Virus record (IMG/VR): IMGVR_UViG_2636415477_000012
Length of the DNA: 12,483 bases
Direction: 5' to 3' (one strand)
DNA from: a virus
Taxonomy: Duplodnaviria > Heunggongvirae > Uroviricota > Caudoviricetes
This document shows, piece after piece, positions 1 to 7,548 of this stretch. Within the stretch, counting starts at the first letter, position 1; every line of letters starts with the position of its first letter. A model generated the notes under the pieces. It was given only the letters and a program-made list of their open reading frames with translations, was not told the DNA's origin and did not search any database. The position numbers and the translations under genes are program-made.

Positions 1-243
1 ATGTTCGCTTTGATTCAACGCGGTCAGATATACACGGACAGAGCTGGATACCCCGTGGTGATTACTCGCATCACTGAGCACTCAGTGTTCTTTCGACGGA
101 TGGACGGACGATCCGGGCGGGTACGCATTGGTGAGTTAAACTGCCTGTTCGAACATATTGACCACCAGGAGTACCGCAAAATTCTCGCGGACACTGAGCA
201 GGAAAAGCACCTGAAAAAATTACGGGCCATGAAAAGGAAGTAA
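1..243 (+). CDS. Small hypothetical prophage protein (80 aa); may be 5'-partial because the ORF starts at the window edge
   Basis: ORF-track entry; same strand and tight spacing with the downstream xis/int module; stop TAA at 241-243 lies 3 nt before the next ATG (247). No recognisable motif. Confidence 0.45.
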   Translation: MFALIQRGQIYTDRAGYPVVITRITEHSVFFRRMDGRSGRVRIGELNCLFEHIDHQEYRKILADTEQEKHLKKLRAMKRK

Positions 244-246
244 AGA

Positions 247-393
247 ATGAATAAAGCATTTGAACAATGGGTCCACCAGCGTTACGGCAATCGCTATGAC
301 CTGACACGAGATGTTGACGGTTTCTACTGTCGTGAAATTGTGAAACGAATGTTTGAAGTGTGGTGCCACTGCCGTGGGCTGAGTGTTGTGTGA
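247..393 (+). CDS. Small hypothetical protein (48 aa, MNKAFEQWVHQRYG...)
   Basis: Not in the ORF track (too short). I translated it by hand: ATG at 247 preceded by AAGGAAG Shine-Dalgarno, stop TGA at 391-393, fills the gap between the two flanking genes on the same strand. Confidence 0.35.
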   Translation: MNKAFEQWVHQRYGNRYDLTRDVDGFYCREIVKRMFEVWCHCRGLSVV

Positions 394-401
394 GGTAATG
401 C

Positions 402-638
402 ATGGGCAATGTGATTCAACTGGCTCCCAATGAATGGGTTTGTGAAAGCGTTCTAATCGCAATTACCGGGCTCAAACCAGGCACAATTCTTCGGGCCCGG
501 AAAGAATGCTGGATGGTTGGAAGAGAGTATATTCACGTATCACCAGACGGTAATCCAAAGCCTTCCAGTGAATGTATGTATAACAGAAAAGCAATAGATG
601 CCTGGGTCGCTTCAATGAAAAACAAACAACCTGGGTGA
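402..638 (+). CDS. xis: Excisionase-like (Xis) small DNA-binding protein
   Basis: 78-aa ORF directly upstream of the integrase on the same strand; GAGGT Shine-Dalgarno 8 nt upstream; contains a W...R...GREY(I/L)... segment reminiscent of lambda-type Xis (lambda Xis has GREYLFHESA). Assignment by position and weak motif only. Confidence 0.55.
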   Translation: MGNVIQLAPNEWVCESVLIAITGLKPGTILRARKECWMVGREYIHVSPDGNPKPSSECMYNRKAIDAWVASMKNKQPG

Positions 639-693
639 TTTAATGCCATGAAGTATGTAAGCTCGTATCGCTCTTGGGCGTCTGGAGGTATCA

Positions 694-2007
694 ATGGATA
701 AAGTCAAATATCCAACAGGCGTCGAAAACCACGGCGGCACATTACGCATCTGGTTTAATTTTAAAGGTAAACGTGTCAGGGAAAATCTTGGTGTCCCTGA
801 CACTGCCAAGAACAGGAAGATCGCCGGGGAACTGCGGACATCGGTATGTTTTGCCATCCGCACAGGAAGCTTTGATTATGCTGCACAGTTCCCTGACTCC
901 CCCAACCTTCAGGCTTTTGGGGTAAGTAAAAAAGAAATTACGGTGAAGGAACTTGAAGAAAAGTGGCTGGATCTGAAACGAATGGAAATCTCTGCAAATG
1001 CATTCAATCGCTATGAATCCGTTGCAAGAACGATGGTTTCGAAAATTGGAGGCAGTAGACTGGTGTCATCGGTAACCAAAGAGGAATTGCTGTATATCAG
1101 GAAAGATTTGCTAACCGGGTATCAGAATTCAACGAAAAACAAAGCAGCAGCAAAAGGACGGAGCGTCGTTACTGTAAATTATTACATGACGACAATCGCT
1201 GGAATGTTTCAGTTTGCTGCAGATCACGGTTACTTAGAAGCAAATCCCTTCCAGGGAATTAAGCCTCTTAAAAGAGCCAGGGCAGAGCCAGATCCGCTAA
1301 CTCGTGACGAATTTATTCGCCTGATAGATGCTTGCCGACATCAGCAGACGAAAAACCTGTGGTCATTGGCTGTGTACACAGGAATGCGTCACGGTGAACT
1401 GGTCTCCCTGGCCTGGGAAGATATCGATCTGAAGGCAGGAACAATTACCATCAGGCGCAATTATACGAAACTTGGTGAGTTCACTCTACCGAAAACTGAA
1501 GCAAGCACAAACAGGGTTGTGCACCTTATCCAGCCCGCTATCAGTGTCCTGAAAAATCAGGCTGAAATGACAAGACTGGGTAAGCAGTACAACATCAAGG
1601 TGCAACTACGTGAATATGGACGTTCAGTGAACCATGAATGTACTTTCGTGTTTAACCCTCAAGTGGTTAGAAAAAGCGAACAGGTAGGTTTTGTCTACAA
1701 AGTCGATTCTGTAGGTGACTCATGGGAAACAGCCATTAAGCGTGCAGGGATCAGGCATCGAAAGGCATACCAGTCACGACACACTTATGCGTGCTGGTCA
1801 TTATCTGCCGGAGCAAACCCAAGCTTCATTGCCAGCCAGATGGGCCATGCAAGTGCCCAGATGGTATTCAATGTATACGGAGCATGGATGACTGACAGCA
1901 ATGCAGAACAGATCGCAATGCTGAATCAGAAGCTGACAGATTATGTCCCAATGATGCCCCATAGTCACCAAAGTGACACCAGAGGCTTATTAAAATCAGT
2001 AAGTTAA
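694..2007 (+). CDS. int: Tyrosine-type site-specific integrase (lambdoid, Rac IntR-like)
   Basis: 437-aa ORF with GGAGGT Shine-Dalgarno. C-terminal tyrosine-recombinase signature: R in GMRHGEL, H-x-x-R in SRHTYAC, and Y in NVYGAW. N-terminal PTGVE...LRIWFNFKGKR resembles Rac-prophage-type integrases from memory. Confidence 0.9.
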   Translation: MDKVKYPTGVENHGGTLRIWFNFKGKRVRENLGVPDTAKNRKIAGELRTSVCFAIRTGSFDYAAQFPDSPNLQAFGVSKKEITVKELEEKWLDLKRMEISANAFNRYESVARTMVSKIGGSRLVSSVTKEELLYIRKDLLTGYQNSTKNKAAAKGRSVVTVNYYMTTIAGMFQFAADHGYLEANPFQGIKPLKRARAEPDPLTRDEFIRLIDACRHQQTKNLWSLAVYTGMRHGELVSLAWEDIDLKAGTITIRRNYTKLGEFTLPKTEASTNRVVHLIQPAISVLKNQAEMTRLGKQYNIKVQLREYGRSVNHECTFVFNPQVVRKSEQVGFVYKVDSVGDSWETAIKRAGIRHRKAYQSRHTYACWSLSAGANPSFIASQMGHASAQMVFNVYGAWMTDSNAEQIAMLNQKLTDYVPMMPHSHQSDTRGLLKSVS

Positions 2008-2018
2008 TCCTTAATACC

Positions 2019-2435
2019 CGTCATGTTAACTGTGTGGAGGGTAACACCACGCTTTATGCCCTGCCGAAACCCGAGGTTGTCCTGCGCTGGCGTGAGCAGA
2101 CCACAGATGACTTCCGCTTCTGTTTTAAGTTTCCGGCGACCATTTCGCATCAGGCAGCATTACGGCATTGCGATGATTTAGTGACTGAATTTTTGACCCG
2201 CATGTCACCGTTGGCTCCGCGCATTGGACAATACTGGCTGCAACTGCCTGCCACATTCGGCCCACGGGAGCTGCCTGCGCTTTGGCATTTTCTCGATTCT
2301 CTTCCCGGTGAATTTAATTATGGGGTGGAAGTCCGCCATCCACAGTTTTTCGCCAAAGGGGAAGAGGAACAAACGCTTAATCGCGGTTTACATCAGCGCG
2401 GCGTTAATCGGGTGATTTTTATTAGACACGTTTAA
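2019..2435 (+). pseudogene. yecE: Internal fragment of a DUF72-family (yecE-like) chromosomal gene, lacking its 5' end and with a divergent 3' end
   Basis: Translation VEGNTTLYALPKPEVVLRWREQTTDDFRFCFKFPATISH carries the DUF72 motifs (VE.N.TFY..P and FRF.FK....H). No upstream start or N-terminal region is present; after ...GVNRVI (about 2415) the frame runs into AT-rich sequence and stops at 2433-2435. Flanked by int on the left and the serine recombinase on the right. Confidence 0.55.
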
Positions 2436-2459
2436 ATACACTACCTAAAGCGATACAAT
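2431..2459 (+). promoter_or_regulatory. Candidate sigma70-like promoter for the serine recombinase gene
   Basis: TTTAAA (2431-2436), 17-bp spacer, TACAAT (2454-2459), about 30 bp upstream of the ATG at 2488 with GAGGTGG Shine-Dalgarno. Hexamer match only. Confidence 0.25.
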
Positions 2460-2487
2460 CTAGGTATCAGTTTTGAGGTGGTAAACA

Positions 2488-3747
2488 ATGAAACGTGTCA
2501 TTTCTTACATCCGGTTTTCATCTGAGAAGCAATCCCGAGGTGATTCATTACGCCGACAATCTAAGATGGTTACAGATTGGCTTAAGGCTCATCCTGAGTA
2601 CTACCTTGACCAAGACTTATCTTTTCGTGATTTGGGGGTGAGTGGATTCACTGGTAAGCACTTGAAAGGTGGCTTAGGTGACTTCTTAACCGCTATCGAG
2701 AAAGGGCTTGTTAAAGCTGGTGATACGCTCTTGATAGAATCTCTTGACCGTTTGTCACGCCAGAACGTAGACCGAGCAAGTGAGCTATTACGAAACATTC
2801 TTCGCTCTGGTGTAGATGTAGTCACCTTGTCCGATGGTGAACATTACACACGAGAATCTCTTAAAGACCCGTTAGCTCTGATTAAAAGCATTCTGATAAT
2901 GCAGCGGTCGCATGAGGAGAGTTTGAGGAAGTCTGAGCGTATACAAGGTGCATGGAACCGTAAAAAAGAACTCATCTCTGAAGGTATCAAGATTTCTAAA
3001 CGTTGTCCTGCATGGCTTAAGCTTAATGATGACCGTAAAAGCTTCTCTGTGATACCTGAGAAAGTAGAGACTGTGAAGAGGTGCTTTCAGCTACGGTTAG
3101 AGGGCAAATCTATCTGGGAGATTGTCAGGACTCTTAATGATGAAGGTCACCAGACACTTAACCAGTACAAAGCAGGTAAGTTTGGTCAAACCTCAGTGCA
3201 AGACCTTCTGAAGAATCGCTCTGTAATTGGTTACTTCACACCTAAAGGCTGTGAAGAGATTTCAGGTTATTACCCTGCAATTATAGATGAAACAATATTC
3301 TACAAAGTCCAGCAACTATCATATTCTCGTTATGGAAGAAAGCCTGCTTCAGATAAACCATTGAGCGTGAATCTTTTCAAAGGGGTTATCCGTTGTTCTG
3401 AATGTGGTCATGCTCTGATTATCACAGGCTTTAGCGATACAAGAAACGGGATTTATCGTTGTCCTCTTCGTAATGAAAACCGTTGTAGTGCTAAAGGACT
3501 TTCACGTAAGCAAACCGATGGTACATTGCTTACTCTGCTATCTCGTCTTGACCGATTTGATAGCGATACGACGAATATCATAGATATGTTGAGGCTACAC
3601 CGTGAACACATCTCAAGCAATATTGAAAAGCTGGTACAGCTATCACTTGAAATTGAAGATTTGTCAGCTGCGTATTTTCATGAAAGGAGATCACTCAATA
3701 ACTTCCATCGAGATCGGGTAATAACATTTGAACAGATCGCTGAATAA
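2488..3747 (+). CDS. Large serine recombinase (serine integrase), N-terminal ~397 aa native; the last ~22 codons and the stop lie inside the IS21-family left end
   Basis: Resolvase-type catalytic N-terminus VISYIRFSSEKQSRGDSLRRQ (Ser nucleophile), recombinase domain, Cys-rich zinc-ribbon CSECGH...YRCPLRNENRC, then the start of a coiled coil. The ORF continues from 3681 to 3747 through the GATC/AATAAC repeats that form the IS end. Confidence 0.85.
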   Translation: MKRVISYIRFSSEKQSRGDSLRRQSKMVTDWLKAHPEYYLDQDLSFRDLGVSGFTGKHLKGGLGDFLTAIEKGLVKAGDTLLIESLDRLSRQNVDRASELLRNILRSGVDVVTLSDGEHYTRESLKDPLALIKSILIMQRSHEESLRKSERIQGAWNRKKELISEGIKISKRCPAWLKLNDDRKSFSVIPEKVETVKRCFQLRLEGKSIWEIVRTLNDEGHQTLNQYKAGKFGQTSVQDLLKNRSVIGYFTPKGCEEISGYYPAIIDETIFYKVQQLSYSRYGRKPASDKPLSVNLFKGVIRCSECGHALIITGFSDTRNGIYRCPLRNENRCSAKGLSRKQTDGTLLTLLSRLDRFDSDTTNIIDMLRLHREHISSNIEKLVQLSLEIEDLSAAYFHERRSLNNFHRDRVITFEQIAE

Positions 3748-3780
3748 CATCGATGGAGATCACTTTTGACTCATTTTGTT
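3689..3780. repeat. Four phased 23-bp subterminal repeats at the IS left end, each starting with GATC
   Basis: GATC at 3689, 3712, 3735 and 3758 (exact 23-bp spacing). AATAAC at 3697, 3720 and 3743, i.e. in the first three units (same spacing). Unit 1 versus unit 3 match at 18/23 positions. Confidence 0.6.
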
Positions 3781-3861
3781 ATTCAGTGATCTCCATCAAT
3801 GTTATTGGAACTTCACAGGTGTGTTGATCTGTATCTTTTGCCATTCCGGTAAAGGATACCT

Positions 3862-5403
3862 ATGCCAACAGTTCCAATTTCTATGAGAAAACTTAAAGAA
3901 ATTCTTAGGCTTAAATACGGTGTTGGACTCAGCCATCGACAAATTGGTCGTAGTCTTGCAATCTCCCCTTCCGTTGTATCCAGATATGCTAATCGGGCGG
4001 CTCAACTTGGCATAAAGCAGTGGCCCTTACCTACAGGATGGGATGATACAAAACTAAAACATGCGTTCCTTCAGACCCAGGTTAAGATGAAGAAGCACTC
4101 TCTGCCTGACTGGGCTACAGTACACCGGGAACTGCGTAATAAATGCGTGACGCTGCAGCTACTCTGGGAAGAATACTGTGAGCGTAATCCAGGCGGTTTT
4201 TACAGCTATAACCATTACTGCCGGATGTACCGTGAATGGCTCAAAACCACTTCACCATCAATGCGTCAGGTACATAAAGCTGGCGAAAAACTTTTCGTTG
4301 ATTACTGTGGACCTACCGTTGGCGTTACCGACCCTGAGACCGGAGAAATAAGAACTGCTCAGGTCATCGTAGCTGTTCTCGGGGCATCAAGTTACACATG
4401 GGCAGAGGCCACCTGGTCTCAGCAGCTTGAAGACTGGGTGATGAGTCATGTTCGCTGCTTCCAGTGGTTGGGTGGCGTTCCTGAACTTGTTGTTCCGGAC
4501 AATCTGAAAAGCGCCACATCCAGGGCATGTAAGTATGATCCTGACGTTAACCCTACCTACCAGCAGATGCTTGAGCATTATAATGTCGCAGTTTTGCCTG
4601 CGCGGCCACGTAAACCGAAAGATAAAGCCAAAGCTGAAGTTGGCGTTCAGGTTGTTGAACGCTGGATCATGGCCCGAATCAGGCATGAGATCTTCTACAG
4701 CCTTGCATCGCTTAATCAGCGCATTCGGGAGTTGCTGGAAAGACTGAATAACAAAATAATGCAGAAGTTGGGTTATTCACGTGCAGAACTCTTCATCCAG
4801 CTTGATAAACCCGCACTGAAGCCTCTTCCTGAAGCCAGTTACAGTTACACCCTGGTGAAGAAAGTCAGAGTTCATGCCGATTACCACGTGGAAATCGACA
4901 AACATTACTACTCGGTTCCATGTTCGCTGTTAGGCCAGCAACTGGAAGCATGGATCTCCGGAGAACTGGTAAGACTCTTCAATCAGGGGCAGGAGGTTGC
5001 TGTGCACCCGCGCAAGCGTACTTATGGCTACAGTACCCGCAACGAGCACATGCCTGAAGCTCATCGACAGCATGCCACCTGGACGCCAGAGCGTCTTCTG
5101 GAATGGGCGGGGCACATAGGCAGTGAAACTCATAGTTATGTGCTTCATATACTGAACTCTCGTCCACATCCGGAACAAAGCTATCGCTTCTGCCTTGGAC
5201 TCCTGAACCTTCATAAAAAATACAGTAAAGCCAGACTTAATGCAGCATGTGCAAGAGCTCTGAAAACAAAGGTATGGCGTCTGTCAGGTATTAAATCGAT
5301 CCTGGAAAAAGGTCTGGATAAACAACCTGTTCAGGATCCAAAACCAGATCTGTTATCCACGATGGAACACGAAAACGTACGCGGCAGTGAGTATTACCAC
5401 TGA
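3862..5403 (+). CDS. istA: IS21-family transposase IstA
   Basis: 513-aa ORF with N-terminal helix-turn-helix region (LSHRQIGRSLAISPSVVSRY) and DDE-type core segments (LFVDYCG ... VVPDNLKSA ... KAKAE); immediately followed by istB. Confidence 0.9.
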   Translation: MPTVPISMRKLKEILRLKYGVGLSHRQIGRSLAISPSVVSRYANRAAQLGIKQWPLPTGWDDTKLKHAFLQTQVKMKKHSLPDWATVHRELRNKCVTLQLLWEEYCERNPGGFYSYNHYCRMYREWLKTTSPSMRQVHKAGEKLFVDYCGPTVGVTDPETGEIRTAQVIVAVLGASSYTWAEATWSQQLEDWVMSHVRCFQWLGGVPELVVPDNLKSATSRACKYDPDVNPTYQQMLEHYNVAVLPARPRKPKDKAKAEVGVQVVERWIMARIRHEIFYSLASLNQRIRELLERLNNKIMQKLGYSRAELFIQLDKPALKPLPEASYSYTLVKKVRVHADYHVEIDKHYYSVPCSLLGQQLEAWISGELVRLFNQGQEVAVHPRKRTYGYSTRNEHMPEAHRQHATWTPERLLEWAGHIGSETHSYVLHILNSRPHPEQSYRFCLGLLNLHKKYSKARLNAACARALKTKVWRLSGIKSILEKGLDKQPVQDPKPDLLSTMEHENVRGSEYYH

Positions 5404-5414
5404 TACGGGATCCA

Positions 5415-6164
5415 ATGATGAATCATCTTTACGAACAACTGACCGCACTTAAACTCACCGGCTTCCGTGATGCGCTTAAAAAGCAACTTGCTCAGCCGGG
5501 CACATACCAGGAGCTGGGCTTCGAAGAACGCCTGTCATTACTGACAGCAGAAGAACTAACCTGCCGTGAAAACAGGAAGGCAGAGCGTCTGATCAAACAT
5601 GCACGGTTCAGACTTAATGCTGAGTTATCAAAGCTGGATTATCGTAACAATAGAGGGCTGGACAGGGCCCTCATCCGTTCACTCAGTCAGGGAAACTGGT
5701 TAACCCTGAAACAAAATATTTTACTGACCGGGGCCACCGGCAGCGGTAAAACGTTCCTGGCATGTGCACTTGGTCATAATGCCTGCCGACAGGGATACAA
5801 GGTCTACTATTATCGCCTTAAAGCGCTGATGGAACAGTGCTATCAGGGGCATGCTGATGGAAGATACAGCAAACTTTTGACCAGGCTGAATAATAGCGAT
5901 CTGCTGCTTCTGGATGACTGGGGGCTGGAACCTCTCTCATCAGAACAGCGTAGCGACCTGCTGGAAATAGTGGATCTGATGTACCAACGAGGCTCAATCA
6001 TCGTAGTGAGCCAGTTGCCGGTGGAAAACTGGTACAAAATGATCGGAGACTCCACACATGCGGATGCCATCCTAGATCGACTGGTTCATGGCAGTATCAA
6101 GATCGAACTTAAAGGAGAATCAATGCGGAAAATACAATCTCCGTTGACCGAAGGAGATCAGTGA
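5415..6164 (+). CDS. istB: IS21-family ATP-binding helper protein IstB
   Basis: 249-aa ORF with Walker A GATGSGKT and Walker B LLLLDDWG; starts 12 bp after the istA stop. Confidence 0.9.
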   Translation: MMNHLYEQLTALKLTGFRDALKKQLAQPGTYQELGFEERLSLLTAEELTCRENRKAERLIKHARFRLNAELSKLDYRNNRGLDRALIRSLSQGNWLTLKQNILLTGATGSGKTFLACALGHNACRQGYKVYYYRLKALMEQCYQGHADGRYSKLLTRLNNSDLLLLDDWGLEPLSSEQRSDLLEIVDLMYQRGSIIVVSQLPVENWYKMIGDSTHADAILDRLVHGSIKIELKGESMRKIQSPLTEGDQ

Positions 6165-6200
6165 AGGTAATTTAAAAACGGTTCTGTGAAAGTGACACGA

Positions 6201-6237
6201 ACCGATCTCCATCGATGTTACTCACCGATCTCCTTCA
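6201..6237. repeat. IS right terminal inverted repeat with two phased GATC units
   Basis: GATC at 6204 and 6227 (23-bp spacing); the reverse complement matches the left-end units, including the perfect 17-mer gatctccatcgatgtta at 6204-6220. Confidence 0.6.
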
Positions 6238-6243
6238 CGGTAA

Positions 6244-6597
6244 TACGCATCAGCTATTACCAGCAAGCTAAAACAACTAAAGAATGAGCTATCACAGGTT
6301 GATGCGGATATCGAGAAGGAGACACAACGCCTTAAATCTATTGATGTGGGTTGTTTGTCTGATTGTGACTTGACTACAAAGGCGGGAAGGATTGAAGCAC
6401 AACTGATAATCAAAAGTGCTGTTAAAGAGGTCGTTTTAAATACTGCTAAACGTCGCTGTAAAGTGACTTTTCACAATGGTAGAGCAATCACCTTACCAAT
6501 AACAGAAAACCCCTCAGAGGACGTTACAGAGGCTATACAGTCGCTTTCTGAGGTCACTGAGAGGGGTTTAATAGATGTTGATGAGGTTATCATATAG
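6244..6597 (+). pseudogene. Probable C-terminal remnant of the interrupted large serine recombinase (coiled-coil region); has no ATG start
   Basis: Open frame from just after the TAA at 6241-6243 to the TAG at 6595-6597 translates to YASAITSKLKQLKNELSQVDADIEKETQRLKSID...; same strand and same reading-frame phase (position mod 3) as the recombinase; heptad-like charged sequence. The ORF track lists only a GTG-initiated part (6346-6597). Confidence 0.45.
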
Positions 6598-6611
6598 TTG
6601 AGATTCTATCG

Positions 6612-7385
6612 TCAGTATCGCTTGTTAGGATTAACAGAATACTTCTTCAAAGTACTACCTGTACCAGCATTATTAAGCACCTTTGAAGCTTGCTCATTAG
6701 CGGCATCTGAGAAGGTGCTTTTTCCGTTCTTAACTCTGACATTTTTACCACAATTGATACGGGCTTGAAGTTGCTCATTAGTAAGTTCACTCGTAGAGCG
6801 ATTATATAGCTCCTGACACATCAACATACCGTTACCTAAGCTTGTCGTAGTGTTCCCTGTATTCTTTTTACTGGTAGCACCACCATCACTTGTGGTAGAA
6901 GTCCTTCCGGTCGCAGCCGAGATATCAGTCTGACCCACAATAGCTTTAAAGTTAATTTCCTGAAAAGTTAATTGGATTCTAAGACCATTGGCAATACCAA
7001 CATCTTTAGAGGCTTTAAAGTTTGTAATAATTGAGTCGTCAATCTTAATACCATCTTTACAGACAACTGAGATAATTTGCTTCTGGTCACGCCAGTTTTC
7101 AAGAGTGTCTATGAAGTTTTCCACCAGCTTATTATCTCTTGAGATAAGGATACTACCGGATTCACCAACCACAACCACACCACTGATTGAAATAGTTCTT
7201 GGTGAACGCATTACATTATCTGTTACAGTCTGCCCTGATTGCATATTTTGAGTGGTAACCATCATAGGGCTGTCAAATTCCATGTTTTCAGTTGCTGATA
7301 GTGACAAGAAATTATCTGGTTGGCCTTGTAGATGGAAGTAAACGCCATCTTTACCACTGTAACGAAGCTGATTAGTGTAAATCAT
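6612..7385 (-). CDS. Hypothetical protein (257 aa) directly downstream of the tape-measure-domain gene; possibly tail-associated
   Basis: ORF-track entry 6612-7406 begins at a TTG. I prefer the in-frame ATG at 7385 (MIYTNQLRY...), preceded by AAGGAG 6 nt upstream. Ser/Thr/Gly-rich C-terminal half. No recognisable catalytic motif. Confidence 0.6.
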   Translation of the reverse strand: MIYTNQLRYSGKDGVYFHLQGQPDNFLSLSATENMEFDSPMMVTTQNMQSGQTVTDNVMRSPRTISISGVVVVGESGSILISRDNKLVENFIDTLENWRDQKQIISVVCKDGIKIDDSIITNFKASKDVGIANGLRIQLTFQEINFKAIVGQTDISAATGRTSTTSDGGATSKKNTGNTTTSLGNGMLMCQELYNRSTSELTNEQLQARINCGKNVRVKNGKSTFSDAANEQASKVLNNAGTGSTLKKYSVNPNKRY

Positions 7386-7460
7386 TAAATTCTCCTTTGA
7401 TTTCAAAGGCTTAGTGTATTTTAATCATTTTTAACCAAGCCTTTGATATATAAGTGTTTT

Positions 7461-7535
7461 CTCTGCTAAGCGTGTTGTACGTAAATTCTATTTTTCAGTG
7501 TGGGTATTAGCTTTACAGATTTCACGTAGCACACG
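7461..7535. repeat. Copy 1 of a ~75-bp conserved intergenic direct repeat, upstream of the 257-aa gene
   Basis: About 90% identical to 9691-9766; the conserved core cgtaaattctatttttcagtgtgg(g/a)tattagctttacagatttca(c/t)gtagcacac is read directly from the sequence. Sits 14 bp after the stop of the 709-aa gene and about 75 bp before the ATG at 7385. Confidence 0.85.
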
Positions 7536-7548
7536 GATATATAAGAAA

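Larger units (their letters stand above)
3681..6237 (+). mobile_element. IS21-family insertion sequence (istA + istB); boundaries approximate (left end could be as far in as 3741)
   Basis: istA/istB gene pair. Imperfect terminal inverted repeats of ~37 bp: 3681-3717 TGAAAGGAGATCAC... versus the reverse complement of 6201-6237, TGAAGGAGATCGG... (first 11-12 bp near-identical, then 18/25 matches). Ends are 5'-TG...CA-3'. A perfect internal 17-bp inverted repeat lies at 3745-3761 / 6204-6220. Confidence 0.8.

Noticed and set aside
71-925. Several ORF-track entries antisense to or overlapping the small ORFs, xis and int 5' end (24-230 -, 71-409 -, 220-462 -, 612-863 -, 674-925 +)
   Set aside because: They overlap better-supported same-strand genes, lack convincing Shine-Dalgarno sites and show no recognisable motifs; typical shadow ORFs.
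2224-2415. 63-aa + strand ORF inside the yecE fragment
   Set aside because: Alternative frame of the DUF72 fragment; no independent support.
2601-6413. Antisense or overlapping ORFs within the serine recombinase and the IS (2601-2825 -, 3802-4005 -, 4387-4686 -, 4535-4747 +, 4930-5214 -, 4979-5167 -, 5843-6070 -, 6222-6413 -)
   Set aside because: They lie opposite to or out of frame with strongly supported recombinase, istA and istB genes, or within IS end repeats; shadow ORFs.
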